Assembly (NCBI GenBank): GCA_964613815.1
Contig: CAZTKG010000006.1
Span: forward strand, 10,973 to 74,972
From: an uncultured Gammaproteobacteria bacterium
Lineage (GTDB): Bacteria; Patescibacteriota; Patescibacteriia; UBA9934
DNA: 64,000 nt
Direction of reading: 5' to 3'
The first letter of the stretch is position 1. Each line of letters starts with the position of its first letter. The translations under genes and the position numbers were made by a program. This document shows positions 48,920-59,462 of this stretch, one piece after another. A model generated the notes under the pieces. That model did no database searches, was not told where the DNA came from, and saw only the letters and a list, made by a program, of their open reading frames with translations.

Positions 48920-49276
48920 CTAGATCTCTCCGCCTTGGTCGAGATGGGAGGAGGCGGTGGAAGTTGGTTCTGGTTCAGATGGTGATGTTGCGGCTAAGCT
49001 GCTTTTTACTTCGTCTTTTAGTTTTTTTCCAGCTTTGAATTTTGGCACTTTTACCGCTGGGATGTCGATGATTTGAGATGGGTTTCTTGGGTTCACGCCT
49101 TTTCTTGCGTGGCGTACGCGGGAGGAGAACGTGCCGAATCCGCTGATGGTTACTTCTTCATCGTTTTGGAGGGCTTTGATGATTTCTGCTTGGAAGGCGA
49201 TGAGGAAATCTTCTGCCTCTTTTTTGGAGAGGTTGAGATTGTCTGCAATTTTTTCTGCCAGTCTTGCTTTGTTCAT
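48920..49276 (-). CDS. hup: HU family DNA-binding protein
   Basis: MNKARL, GFGTF, RKGVNP, PKFKAGKKLK. Confidence 0.94.
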   Translation of the reverse strand: MNKARLAEKIADNLNLSKKEAEDFLIAFQAEIIKALQNDEEVTISGFGTFSSRVRHARKGVNPRNPSQIIDIPAVKVPKFKAGKKLKDEVKSSLAATSPSEPEPTSTASSHLDQGGEI

Positions 49277-49287
49277 ATATGAAGAAG

Positions 49288-50817
49288 TTAACGTGCGTAC
49301 TCGCTAACGCGGGTCTCGCGGATGATTGTGATTCGAACTTCGCCGGGGTAGGTGAGGCTACTTTCGATTTTCTTTGCAATGTCTCTTGCTAGCTTGTGCG
49401 CTTCGTAGTCGTCGACTTTGTCTGGCCTTACGAAGACGCGGACTTCGCGACCGGCTTGGATAGCGTAGGCTTTCTCGACGCCTTCGAAACTGTTTGCCGT
49501 GTCTTCTAGGTTTTGGAGGCGCTGGAGGTAGTCTTCCACGTTTGTTCTACGCGCTCCAGGTCTTGCACCGCTGATGGCGTCGGCTGCTTTTACGATTATA
49601 CCCTCTAATGTGCGAGGGCGGTCTTCGTGGTGTGCAATAGATTGGTAACAGAGGTCTTCTGGCCAACCGAATTTTTTCATGATGTTGTAGCCGATTTCTG
49701 GATGGGCGCCTTGCATGTCGTGGTCAACGGCTTTTCCGATGTCGTGGAAGAGTCCGCCTTGTTTGCAGTTTTTGACGTCAGCGCCGAGTTCTTCTGCAAT
49801 CATACCGGAGATACGAGCGACTTCGATGGAATGTTGAAGGACGTTTTGTCCGTAGCTGGTTCGGAATTTGAGTCGGCCAAGAATAGAGACGAGTTTTGGA
49901 TCGATGGATGAGACGGGAATACCGAGTTGATAGAGTGCGTCTTCTCCAGCTTTTTTCATTTCTCGTGCAAGTTCTTTTTTGGCGAGTTCAATGGTGTCTT
50001 CGATTTTGGCTGGCTGGATGCGGCCGTCTTTCATGAGCATCTCGATGGTGCGTTTGGCGATTTGGCGACGGACAGGGGAGAAACCGCTGATGGTGATGGA
50101 TTCTGGTGTGTCGTCGATGATGATTTCGCAGCCTGTGAGGCGTTCGAGCGCCTTGATGTTTCGTCCTTCTTTTCCAATGATGCGGCCCTTCATATCGTCT
50201 GATGGGAGACTGACGTTTGTTGTTGTGGAATCAACAACATGAGAGGCGGCGAATCTTTGAATGGCGAGGGAGAGGATTTTTTTCGCTTTGTTTTCTATTT
50301 CGTCATCGTGCTCTTGCTCCATTTTTCTTACGCGTGAGAGGAGGGCCTCTTTTTGGTCTTGTTCTACGAGATTGAAAAGATGATCTTTTGCTTCGTCTTT
50401 TGAGAGACCTGCGATTGATTGGAGTTTATCGATGGCTTCTTGTCGTTTTTTGTGAACTTCTTCGGCTTTTTGTTCTATTTTTTTAAATTCTTCTTGAATT
50501 TTTGCCTTGCTCTCCTCGAGACCCATGAGTTTGGCGTCGAATTTATTTTGACGGTCGAGAAGTTGGCGTTCGAGGTTTTTGAGCTCTCTTCGACGTTCGT
50601 TTTCCTCTTGTTTTCCTTTTTCGATGAACTTGAGCGTTCGTTCTTTCGCGGCGATGAGCATTTCTTGCTCTTTGTTTTTTGCCTCTTGTAGGATTTTGTT
50701 CGCTTTTATTTCTGCGCCTTCGACTTTTCGTTTGCCGAATGTGCTTCGAGCGATGACTCCGATGAGGATTCCGATAACGAGTGCTCCAAGTCCAGATGCG
50801 ATAATTCCTGTTGGCAT
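49288..50817 (-). CDS. rny: ribonuclease Y
   Basis: Transmembrane helix, coiled coil, KGRIIGKEGRNI (KH), HDIGK (HD), ADAISGARPGARR. Confidence 0.97.
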   Translation of the reverse strand: MPTGIIASGLGALVIGILIGVIARSTFGKRKVEGAEIKANKILQEAKNKEQEMLIAAKERTLKFIEKGKQEENERRRELKNLERQLLDRQNKFDAKLMGLEESKAKIQEEFKKIEQKAEEVHKKRQEAIDKLQSIAGLSKDEAKDHLFNLVEQDQKEALLSRVRKMEQEHDDEIENKAKKILSLAIQRFAASHVVDSTTTNVSLPSDDMKGRIIGKEGRNIKALERLTGCEIIIDDTPESITISGFSPVRRQIAKRTIEMLMKDGRIQPAKIEDTIELAKKELAREMKKAGEDALYQLGIPVSSIDPKLVSILGRLKFRTSYGQNVLQHSIEVARISGMIAEELGADVKNCKQGGLFHDIGKAVDHDMQGAHPEIGYNIMKKFGWPEDLCYQSIAHHEDRPRTLEGIIVKAADAISGARPGARRTNVEDYLQRLQNLEDTANSFEGVEKAYAIQAGREVRVFVRPDKVDDYEAHKLARDIAKKIESSLTYPGEVRITIIRETRVSEYAR

Positions 50818-50873
50818 ATCTGGAATTGTATAAAATGATTACTCACTGACTTTAGCAACGGTTGCTGGGGTCG

Positions 50874-51569
50874 TCAATGCGATTTTTGGATGAGGAGGGA
50901 TTGCCAATTGTCTTTGGTTACGTCTCTGAGGTTAGCGGCGTTTTGGATTGTGTAGGTTCCGATGGTGGATCTGTTTAGGGAAGAGCAGTAGCCGAGGGTG
51001 TTTAGGTGCTTTGCAAGATCCCTCGCGATACACCTGATGTAGGTTCCGGATGAGCACGAAATTGATACATCGATGGTTGTGGTTTGATCGCCTTGGTTGA
51101 TGTTTCGCAGTTTGAAGTCGGTGATGGTAATTTGTCGGGGTTTGCGTTCGATTGTTTTTCCTTGGCGGGCGAGTTCGTAGAGTTTTTTTCCGTTTACTTT
51201 GATCGCGGCGTACATTGGGGGGATTTGGTCCTGGGGGCCGGTCATGGCACCCATCGCGGTTTTAATGTTGGTTTCTGATAGGGATGGGGGTGATTCTGCG
51301 TATGTTATTTTTGATTCTGGGTCTAGGGTTTCTGTCGTTGCTCCGAGGGTGAAGGTCGCTTCGTAGGTTTTTGGGAGGCCGACGAAGCTTGAAATTTCTT
51401 TTGTTGCTTGACGGGATATGGCGAGGATGAGGAGTCCTGTAGCGAATGGGTCGAGAGTTCCGGCGTGACCTATTTTTTTGATGCCGGTGATTTTGCGGAG
51501 CGTGTCGACGACGTCGTGAGAGGTGATTCTGGGGGGTTTGTTTATGAGGAGAAATCCTGATGGTGTCAT
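50874..51569 (-). CDS. truB: tRNA pseudouridine(55) synthase
   Basis: GHAGTLDPFATG, PPMYAAIK, SSGTYIR. Confidence 0.96.
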   Translation of the reverse strand: MTPSGFLLINKPPRITSHDVVDTLRKITGIKKIGHAGTLDPFATGLLILAISRQATKEISSFVGLPKTYEATFTLGATTETLDPESKITYAESPPSLSETNIKTAMGAMTGPQDQIPPMYAAIKVNGKKLYELARQGKTIERKPRQITITDFKLRNINQGDQTTTIDVSISCSSGTYIRCIARDLAKHLNTLGYCSSLNRSTIGTYTIQNAANLRDVTKDNWQSLLIQKSH

Positions 51570-51645
51570 ATGAATTGAGTTTAGATGAGGTTGACGTGTT
51601 TGGCTAGGGTTGGTAGATTTTTTTTATCGTTCTTTGGGAGAATTG

Positions 51646-52320
51646 ATGTTTTTGATTGGTCTTTTTTTCTCGTTTTTCTTTGTTTCTGATGCTGATGCTG
51701 GGCGCCAATGTGTTCCTCGTCGGGTGTATGACCTCTCTTTGTATCCTGGATTTGATCGGGATGATTGGGATGTCTATGACGCGGAGACCTGCGTTGCGAC
51801 GGTGCACGTTGATTATGATCCTGCTGTCGGTGAAACGATTCGGATGATGGATTCGACTGCGGTGAATGCGGAGGTGACGCGGCTTGTGCTGGAGATTCGA
51901 AGTGTTTTTTTGTGGATTCAGCGGATTCATAAAGAAGATTGGAGTGCGTATCTTCGGTCGATGGGGCATTTTTCGTATGCGCTTTGTTCGGGTGCTCGGC
52001 TCATGTATTACGCGCACGAGCGGCCTGATCGGGTGCCTGATGGGATTGTGATGAGTGCGATTCGTGATCCTGGTGGACGACTTGGAGGGCCTGGGTATGC
52101 GGCAATGTTGATGTATCGGGCTGTGGATCTTGGTTATCGCGATGCGGCGCTTTTGCTTTGGCATGAGCTTGAGCGTGTTGAGGAGGCTGGCGGCGGGTTG
52201 AGTTGTTCGAATGAGATTGAGGGGGCTTCGTCTCGTCGATATGCCGCGGTTCTTGATGAGCGTGGGCAGGAGGCTGCTGATCAGGTGCGAATCAACTTTC
52301 AGTTCTTGCCGCCGAGCTGA
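51646..52320 (+). CDS. hypothetical secreted protein
   Basis: Signal peptide ending ADA; GGAG Shine-Dalgarno. Confidence 0.7.
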   Translation: MFLIGLFFSFFFVSDADAGRQCVPRRVYDLSLYPGFDRDDWDVYDAETCVATVHVDYDPAVGETIRMMDSTAVNAEVTRLVLEIRSVFLWIQRIHKEDWSAYLRSMGHFSYALCSGARLMYYAHERPDRVPDGIVMSAIRDPGGRLGGPGYAAMLMYRAVDLGYRDAALLLWHELERVEEAGGGLSCSNEIEGASSRRYAAVLDERGQEAADQVRINFQFLPPS

Positions 52321-52361
52321 TATCTCCCGCATGCGGGGGATTTTTTTGTTATACTTCTTGC

Positions 52362-52853
52362 ATGACGCATGGATATTCAAATATTGAGGTTTTGACGGCT
52401 GGAGCGATTGTGATGTTTTTGGCGCTTGTTTTGATTGTACTTGGTGGGCCTGATCGGGAACTTCGGGCGGAATATGATGTGGTGCGTCAGGGGGATGTGG
52501 GTGATGTGATGGAAGTGATGCTTGATTTGGAGCTTTCGGATCGGGAGGAATTCGCTGGGGTGGTTGGGCAGGTGACGGATCGGCGTGTGATGCTTGGGAC
52601 GGGGGTTGATTGCAGTGGAGATGTGGGGACGGTATGTACAGATGAAGGGCTTGCGGACGCGTGTTTGGATTTGAGTGGATATTTTGAAGGGCATGATCCT
52701 GATGTGATGCCAGTTGATCCTCGTGATGGGGAGTTTACGATGGAGCGGACGGGGTATTACATTTCTTTTGTTGATGGGTTGATGGAGATTGGGAGTTGTA
52801 ATCCTGAGAGTATGAACGGGGTGTTTTTGCAGAAGCGGTTTGGGCTTGAGTAA
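52362..52853 (+). CDS. type IV pilin-like protein
   Basis: G|YSNIE class III signal-like N-terminus plus a hydrophobic helix; Cys pairs; PVDP motif. Confidence 0.6.
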   Translation: MTHGYSNIEVLTAGAIVMFLALVLIVLGGPDRELRAEYDVVRQGDVGDVMEVMLDLELSDREEFAGVVGQVTDRRVMLGTGVDCSGDVGTVCTDEGLADACLDLSGYFEGHDPDVMPVDPRDGEFTMERTGYYISFVDGLMEIGSCNPESMNGVFLQKRFGLE

Positions 52854-52923
52854 GTTTTTTGCTTTTATTATTGACGCTTTGGGCGTTTTTTTGTATTGTC
52901 CTCGGTATTGAACCCCTACTTCC

Positions 52924-54918
52924 ATGAATATTACGCAGCTTGCTAGACGTCTTCGAGTTACTCCTGAAGAGCTACGCGCAAAATTGCCGGAGCTCGGTTT
53001 TGATATTGGGCAGAAAGCGCTTAAGATTCCGGATCGGGATGCGGGGCGAATTATGTATGCTTGGCGTGAATATAAGAAGCGTCAGTATTTGGAGAAGAAG
53101 CGTGATGAGCAGCGAGCTCGTGCAGAGCGGAAGGAGCGGGTGAAGAGTGGTGATGCTGAGCAGGTCATGCTTCCTTCGACGATGAGTGTGCGGGAATTTG
53201 CTGAGCATATGAACTTGCCGATCGCGAAGGTGATGCAGGAGTTGATGCGACAGGGTATTCTTGCGTCTCTTAATGAGCGGATTGATTTTGATACAGCTGC
53301 TATTGTGGCTGAGGATTTGGGATTTTTGGCGCAGCCGCTTGAAGGGAGCGCGGATGGTTCTGATGAGGAGGTGCAGAGGCTTGAGGCTGTTATGTCAGCT
53401 GAAGATGAGGCTGATCTTGTTCAGCGACCTCCGGTTATTGTGGTGATGGGGCATGTTGATCATGGAAAGACGAAGCTTCTTGATGCTGTGCGGAAGACGA
53501 ATGTTGTTGATAGTGAGCGTGGAGGAATTACGCAGCATATTGGTGCTTATCAGGTTGAGCGGAATGATCATTTGATGACTTTTATTGATACACCGGGACA
53601 CGAGGCTTTTACGGTTATGAGAAGTCGTGGTGCGAAGGTTGCGGATATTGCGATTTTGGTTGTTGCTGCGGATGATGGAATTCAGCCGCAGACAAAGGAG
53701 GCGATTGATATTATTAAGGCTTCTAAGTTGCCGTTTGTTGTTGCGATTAACAAGATTGATGTTGCGGGTGCAAATGTTGAACGTGTGAAGGGGCAGCTTG
53801 CTGAGGTGAATTTTGTTCCGGAAGATTGGGGAGGGAAAACGATTTGTGTTCCGATGAGCGCGAAGACGGGAGAGAATGTTGATCAGCTTCTTGATATGCT
53901 CGTGCTTGTCGCTGATTTGGCGAAGGATGATATTCGTGCGAATCCTGATCGACTTGCGATTGGAACGATTATTGAGTCACACGTTGATAAGGGTGAAGGG
54001 GCTGTTGCAACGGTTTTGGTACAGACTGGGGAGTTGAAGGTTGGGGACGCTGTTGGTCTTCGTGGAGTTAATTATGGAAAGGTTCGCGCGATGCGGACTT
54101 GGGATGGGCAGACGGTGAAGACTGCTGCGCCTTCTACTCCTGTGAAAATTTTGGGATTAAAAGATGCGCCTTCTGTTGGAGATATTTTGGAAGTGCCGGA
54201 AAATCCGAAGTCTTTGGAAAAGGTGAAGTTTAAGCATAGTACGAAGTCTGGTGTGGCGGAGATTTCTGTGAAGAAGACGGTTTCTGTGGATGATGATGAG
54301 GATGAGAAGCCGGTTTTGAATGTGATCGTGAAGGCAGATGTGCTTGGGTCGCTTGAGGCGGTGATTGGCATGATTGAGAAGATTGATAATCCGTATGTTG
54401 ATGTGAAGGTTGTGGCGAAGGGGCTTGGGAATGTGACGGATGCGGATATGCTTCGGGCGGAGGCTGCTGAGGCTCGTGTGTATGCGTTTAATGTGCGTTT
54501 GACAGGAACTGCGGAGACGCTTGCTCGCGACAAAGATTTGTCGTTTGAGCGGTTTGAGATTATTTATCGATTGCATGAAGACATGGAGGAGCGTGTGAAG
54601 GCGCTTGTGCCGAAGGAGAAGGTTTATACGGAACTTGGAAGTTTGCGTGTACTTGCGGTGTTTGGGAAGCTTGAGAAGGGTGTTGTGATTGGAGGGCAGG
54701 TTCTTAAAGGGACGATTGAGCGCGGGGCTGTTGCTCGTGTGATTCGTGAGGAGAAGATTTTGGGGGAGGGGCTTATTGAGACGTTGCAGGCTGGGAAGGT
54801 TGATGTGAAGGATGTTGAGCAGGGGCAGGAATGTGGGATTGGGTTTACGACGAAGACGAAGGTTGAGGTTGGGGATACCTTGGAGATTTATAAGGAGGAG
54901 GAGATTGAACGGAAATAA
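52924..54918 (+). CDS. infB: translation initiation factor IF-2
   Basis: GHVDHGKT, GGITQHIGAY, DTPGHEAF, NKID. Confidence 0.98.
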   Translation: MNITQLARRLRVTPEELRAKLPELGFDIGQKALKIPDRDAGRIMYAWREYKKRQYLEKKRDEQRARAERKERVKSGDAEQVMLPSTMSVREFAEHMNLPIAKVMQELMRQGILASLNERIDFDTAAIVAEDLGFLAQPLEGSADGSDEEVQRLEAVMSAEDEADLVQRPPVIVVMGHVDHGKTKLLDAVRKTNVVDSERGGITQHIGAYQVERNDHLMTFIDTPGHEAFTVMRSRGAKVADIAILVVAADDGIQPQTKEAIDIIKASKLPFVVAINKIDVAGANVERVKGQLAEVNFVPEDWGGKTICVPMSAKTGENVDQLLDMLVLVADLAKDDIRANPDRLAIGTIIESHVDKGEGAVATVLVQTGELKVGDAVGLRGVNYGKVRAMRTWDGQTVKTAAPSTPVKILGLKDAPSVGDILEVPENPKSLEKVKFKHSTKSGVAEISVKKTVSVDDDEDEKPVLNVIVKADVLGSLEAVIGMIEKIDNPYVDVKVVAKGLGNVTDADMLRAEAAEARVYAFNVRLTGTAETLARDKDLSFERFEIIYRLHEDMEERVKALVPKEKVYTELGSLRVLAVFGKLEKGVVIGGQVLKGTIERGAVARVIREEKILGEGLIETLQAGKVDVKDVEQGQECGIGFTTKTKVEVGDTLEIYKEEEIERK

Positions 54919-54927
54919 GAAAAGGAG

Positions 54928-55067
54928 GTGAATTGAAGAGGGAGAGGCTTTTTTGGGCAATCGGACGCCTTTAACGCCTCTTTTTTGATTTTGGCTTCAG
55001 ATGGATAAAAGAGGGTGGACGGCGTTATTCCTCATGCCTAAAAACACCCCTCCTCCCTCCAATTCAC
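54928..55067 (-). ncRNA. 140 nt rod-shaped RNA candidate (6S-like?)
   Basis: The ends GTGAATTG/CAATTCAC pair. A long helix with G-U pairs favouring the minus strand is followed by internal loops and the helices ACGCC/GGCGT and CCTCTTTT/AAAAGAGG. Confidence 0.45.
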
Positions 55068-55216
55068 GTTTTTATAGGGGAATGAAAAAACACCGGGGAT
55101 AGCTGGTGCTTTTGATGGTGCCGTGTGGCGTGGGCGCTGCTGGCCTCGCGGGATCCTTTCGGCGCGCTAGGGCTGGCGCGCCTCAGGATGGTGGAGCAAG
55201 GTGGGATTTTGTAATC

Positions 55217-55525
55217 TTATAAGTGTTTTTGGAGTTTTTCTTTTAAACCTTCTTTGCTCATTGATCCTGAGAATTGTTCCACCACCTTGCCGCTTTTGAA
55301 GACGAGGAAGGTTGGGATGGAGAGGATGTTGTATTGTCTTGCGAGATCTGGTTCTGCGTCTACGTTGATTTTGCCGATGGTGACGTGTTCCATTTCTGTG
55401 GCGAGTTCGTCGACGATGGGGGACATCATTTTACATGGGCCGCACCAGGGGGCCCAGAAGTCTACGAGAACAAGGGTTTCGGATTGAAGTACGGCGGCGT
55501 CGAAGTTGTCGGCGGTTAGGTCCAT
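55217..55525 (-). CDS. trxA: thioredoxin
   Basis: DFWAPWCGPCK. Confidence 0.96.
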   Translation of the reverse strand: MDLTADNFDAAVLQSETLVLVDFWAPWCGPCKMMSPIVDELATEMEHVTIGKINVDAEPDLARQYNILSIPTFLVFKSGKVVEQFSGSMSKEGLKEKLQKHL

Positions 55526-55606
55526 AGAGATAGATTCAAAATTCAAAGTGGTGATAGTTTATCATATTTCGATTAAAGATTCTGTTTGTGATAAACTCAG
55601 GCCAAT

Positions 55607-56536
55607 ATGGATGATGCAACTCGTGAGGTTATCATTATTGGTTCTGGGCCTGCTGGGTATACGGCGGCTATTTATGCTGCTCGAGCGGATTTGAAGCCGC
55701 TTATGATTGCTGGAGATCAGCCTGGGGGACAGTTGATGTTGACGAGTGATGTAGAGAATTGGCCTGGAGAGGCGGATGGGGTGATGGGGCCGGATTTGAT
55801 GTTGAAATTGAAGAAGCAGTCGGTTCGGTTTGGGACGGAGTTTGTGCAGGATATGGTGACGGAGGTGGATTTTGATGCGCGTCCGTTTGTTATTAAGACG
55901 AAGGATAAAATATATCGTGCGGAGACGGCGATTATTTCAACGGGGGCGAGTGCGATGTGGCTTGGGATTCCGGGGGAGGAGCGATTGCAAGGGAAGGGAG
56001 TGAGTGCTTGTGCGACGTGTGATGGATTCTTTTTTCGTGATAAGGATGTGATTGTGGTTGGTGGGGGAGATAGTGCGATGGAGGAGGCGACGTTTATTAC
56101 GAAGTTTGCTCGGAAGGTGACGATTTTGGTGCGGCGGGATGCTTTGCGGGCGAGTAAGATTATGCAGAAGCGGGCGATGGATAATGTAAAGATTGAGATT
56201 ATGTGGAATACGAGTGCGGTGGAATTGCGTGGGGAGGAGAAGGTTGAGGAGGTTTTGGTGAAAAATAATCAGACGGGGGAGGAGACGGTTTTGAAAGCGG
56301 ATGGGTTTTTTGTGGCGATTGGGCATAAGCCGAATACCGGGATTTTTGCGGGGAAGATTGATTTGGATGAGAAGGGGTATGCGAAGCATGCGCCGGATAG
56401 TACGCGGACGAATGTGGAGGGAGTGTTTGTTGCGGGGGATGTGGGAGATAGTGTTTATAGGCAGGCGGTGACGGCGGCTGGGACGGGGTGTATGGCGGCT
56501 TTGGAGGCGGAGCGGTATTTGGCAAGTCGGGAGTAG
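55607..56536 (+). CDS. trxB: thioredoxin reductase
   Basis: GSGPAG, CATCDG, GGGDSAMEEA, RQAVTAAGTG. Confidence 0.97.
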   Translation: MDDATREVIIIGSGPAGYTAAIYAARADLKPLMIAGDQPGGQLMLTSDVENWPGEADGVMGPDLMLKLKKQSVRFGTEFVQDMVTEVDFDARPFVIKTKDKIYRAETAIISTGASAMWLGIPGEERLQGKGVSACATCDGFFFRDKDVIVVGGGDSAMEEATFITKFARKVTILVRRDALRASKIMQKRAMDNVKIEIMWNTSAVELRGEEKVEEVLVKNNQTGEETVLKADGFFVAIGHKPNTGIFAGKIDLDEKGYAKHAPDSTRTNVEGVFVAGDVGDSVYRQAVTAAGTGCMAALEAERYLASRE

Positions 56537-56626
56537 GTTTTGATGGAGGCTGTCGGGGTTCTCGGCGGTTTTTTGATTGAAAAAAAGAACCCCTTTAGGG
56601 GGTGAGGGTTTTGCAGAGATGTTGAG

Positions 56627-57241
56627 CTATGCTTCCGCGGCGGCGGAAGAGGTTGGGCTTGTCTGGAGGAGCATGGCGCGTTGGGCGATGTCGATTTCTT
56701 GAATGAGCCTTGCTTGGAGAATGTTGTTTCCGTGATCGGCGAAGCGGGAGCTGGTGCTTGATCCGTGGATGATTACGGATTGTTCATCGTTGGAGATGCG
56801 CGGGGGCTTGAAGTGCGGATGTGGGTTTCCGCAGTGTGAGCAGTAGACGTCTGCAATGGCCTCGTGGGGTGGCCTGTGCTCGATGGAGATGAGGCTGACG
56901 ATTTTGCTCGGTGGAGTGCTTGCGAGGTGGAGGCTTTGCACGATGCGTACTGCGGGTTGGGTGAAGCTCACTGCTTTTGCCCAGGCAGACATGTTGACGA
57001 GTTCGCCCCAGGCGTCGATGAGGAAGTCGATGATTCGAGTTCGGAGGTCTCCGTTTGGGTTGACCGTGCTCGTTGTCGATGCGGTGATGCCGGTTTTGTT
57101 GACGATGAGGGTGAGGTGATCGGTTTCGGTGAACGTTGCCAGGAAGGCGCCGAACAGATTTCGGAAACCGGCTTCGAAGAGGGGGCAGCTTGGGGTGCTG
57201 AGGATGTCGGTCGCGGTGAGGGAGAGTCGGAGTTCTTGCAC
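56627..57241 (-). CDS. hypothetical protein, paralogue 4 (has CxxC), ends AAAEA
   Basis: Own TTGACA-17-TATCCT promoter, GAGG Shine-Dalgarno, GTG start. Confidence 0.75.
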   Translation of the reverse strand: MQELRLSLTATDILSTPSCPLFEAGFRNLFGAFLATFTETDHLTLIVNKTGITASTTSTVNPNGDLRTRIIDFLIDAWGELVNMSAWAKAVSFTQPAVRIVQSLHLASTPPSKIVSLISIEHRPPHEAIADVYCSHCGNPHPHFKPPRISNDEQSVIIHGSSTSSRFADHGNNILQARLIQEIDIAQRAMLLQTSPTSSAAAEA

Positions 57242-57340
57242 GAGGTTTCCTCTTGGGTGAAAAGAACGTTTTTAGGATAGGTCGGTTGGCGTGGTTTTGT
57301 CAATAAGAAAAGAACAACCCTGATGGGTTGTTTGGTTTGG

Positions 57341-58012
57341 CTAGGCTTCGCCGGTTGGTTGGGGTTGCCATGTTCGAGCGGTCCCTGGGACAGGTGCGCC
57401 TTGTTGTTTTCGGGCGCGCCGCGTGTTTGCTTGGTGGGTGATTTCTGCCCGTATTCGAGTGATGATTTCTCGTTTGGTCTGGCGATTGAGCCAGTCTGCG
57501 AAGGGGTAGGGGTCTTGGCATCTCAGGAAGGCGATTCGTCTGGTTCCGTGCGGGGCGGCGAATGCCCTGGCGTGGTTTGCGAATTCGATGTGAGATTCTG
57601 CTGGAGGCTTGTCGATGCCTTGAACTATTCGCGGGATGTTTGGAAGGTCTTCTTCTGTGAGGTCGAAGGCTCGGACGGTTGCCTTGATTGTTTCCTCTGA
57701 GATTCCGCTTTCGATGTGGCGCGTGGCCTTGATGCAGATGATGCGGAGGAGTTTCAGGAGGTCTTTGAGCATCATCGTGTTATTGAAGCTTGGAAGCGCT
57801 CCGAGGATTGCGAATGTTCCGTTTGCCATGTCCATGACGGCCGTGATTTGGTCGCCGGGCTTCATGCGGTGGAGGATGCTGTTTTTGCATTCGGCTTCTG
57901 CTTCTCTGGTGATGTTGTCGCAGTGTGGTGCGGATCGCGCGATGAGCCGTTTGGAGCCGTCCTCTTCGGTAATGCAGATGAAGGTGAGGGAGATGAAGGC
58001 GGGAAGTAGCAT
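57341..58012 (-). CDS. hypothetical protein, paralogue 3, ends TGEA
   Basis: Own TTGACA-17-TACACT promoter; ATG 58012. Confidence 0.75.
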   Translation of the reverse strand: MLLPAFISLTFICITEEDGSKRLIARSAPHCDNITREAEAECKNSILHRMKPGDQITAVMDMANGTFAILGALPSFNNTMMLKDLLKLLRIICIKATRHIESGISEETIKATVRAFDLTEEDLPNIPRIVQGIDKPPAESHIEFANHARAFAAPHGTRRIAFLRCQDPYPFADWLNRQTKREIITRIRAEITHQANTRRARKQQGAPVPGTARTWQPQPTGEA

Positions 58013-58115
58013 TGGTGCTCGCGGTGAAAAGAACGCGTGGAGTGTATGGGGAGATGGGGGGTTTGTCAAGGTTAGGGAGATAAAAAAGAACAGCCGGGTT
58101 GGGCTGTGTGTTGGG

Positions 58116-58790
58116 TCATGCTTCGGCAGCTGGGCCGCCTTGCCAGTGAATCATGTGGATGTTGTCTGGCATGGGAGGGGGTGTGAACGGTTTTGGGGTC
58201 GGATTGGTTTGACGCCGCATGTGCATTCTGACTCGGGCGATGACGAGTTCTCGGATTCTCTCGTTGATCCATTCGTGGAATGGCGTTTCGCGTGAGTGGC
58301 CAGCGACGATTGCCGCGGTGCATTCTTTCCCTGGCTCGCAGACGTGATTGGGATTTGGGTGTCCGGTGATGTCGATGGGGACGCCTGCGGGCTGGACCCA
58401 GATGTGGTCTTCGATCGGATGGTGATTTTTTAAGAGTTCCATGATGCCATGGAGCATCTTAGGAGTCGCTACTCGTTTTGCTGTTGTTTGCGCGAGAGCC
58501 TCTGCGATCTTGATCGTTTTTGTCCCGATAGTTCTGACTGCGTTGATGAATTGCGGAGGCGGAGATCCTGTGAGGATTTCGACGGTTGTGTTGTCGTGGT
58601 TTGTGGTTGCTTGGATCGCGATTCTGACGTCGAGTACCTCTAGGGTTTCTGTTGGGAATTTTTTACTAGCGAACCGTTCCATCTCTTTGGCGCGTGGCTG
58701 AGTCCGTACGCGGACTTTTTTGACTCGCATTCCAGTTTTGGAGTGGATGCCTTCGGTGACACGGAAGGTGATGATGATGGGGTTTGGCAT
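58116..58790 (-). CDS. hypothetical protein, paralogue 2, ends AAEA
   Basis: Own TTGACA-17-TATCCT promoter, GAGG Shine-Dalgarno. Confidence 0.78.
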   Translation of the reverse strand: MPNPIIITFRVTEGIHSKTGMRVKKVRVRTQPRAKEMERFASKKFPTETLEVLDVRIAIQATTNHDNTTVEILTGSPPPQFINAVRTIGTKTIKIAEALAQTTAKRVATPKMLHGIMELLKNHHPIEDHIWVQPAGVPIDITGHPNPNHVCEPGKECTAAIVAGHSRETPFHEWINERIRELVIARVRMHMRRQTNPTPKPFTPPPMPDNIHMIHWQGGPAAEA

Positions 58791-58886
58791 GATGGCCTCG
58801 ATTGTGAAAAGGGCGTTGGGAGGATAGCGGATTTTTGGGGGTTTGTCAACTATGTTTTGTTGTATGAAAAAATCCTCGATAGAGGA

Positions 58887-59462
58887 TTATGCTTCGGCGG
58901 GGGTTGGGGAGGGGTGGAGTTCGGCTTGGAGTTTTTCCCTGATTCGGCGTTGGAGTTCTGCGTTCATGTATTTGTGGAAGGGGTGGTCGCAAGAGAGGCC
59001 GATGAGGATGACGGGGTTGGTGCCGGTTCTTGTGGCATTTTGGATGATGCCTTGAGCGAGCGACGCGTCGGGGATGATGTGGATGTGTTCGTGGAGTTGT
59101 TCTGGTGGGATGTGAGTAGCGTTTTCGCGGATGACTGAGGTTGGTATGAGGGGAATGGCTCTGTTGATCATGTTCTGTACGACGCTCATTGCAGATGCTG
59201 CCTTGCTGCGCATGTACGTTTCGAGTTGTGAGCTGATGCGAGCATCGGAGATTTCGATCGTTGTTTCGTCTGCTGTTGCGGTGATGGTGATGAGGCTGTT
59301 TTTGGTGAGTGAGGCCGCATTTCTGTTGTTTGAGAGAACTTTTTGGATCGCTGCCGTGAATGCTCGCTCTGTGGTGGGGTCTCTTGGTACTGTGCGGAGT
59401 CTCAGCGTGAAGCTGGATGGGGTTTTGACGGCGTGAAAGATGAACTTTATCGCGTTTGGCAT
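58887..59462 (-). CDS. hypothetical protein, paralogue 1, ends PAEA
   Basis: TTGAAC-17-TATAGT promoter, AGGA Shine-Dalgarno. Confidence 0.78.
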   Translation of the reverse strand: MPNAIKFIFHAVKTPSSFTLRLRTVPRDPTTERAFTAAIQKVLSNNRNAASLTKNSLITITATADETTIEISDARISSQLETYMRSKAASAMSVVQNMINRAIPLIPTSVIRENATHIPPEQLHEHIHIIPDASLAQGIIQNATRTGTNPVILIGLSCDHPFHKYMNAELQRRIREKLQAELHPSPTPAEA

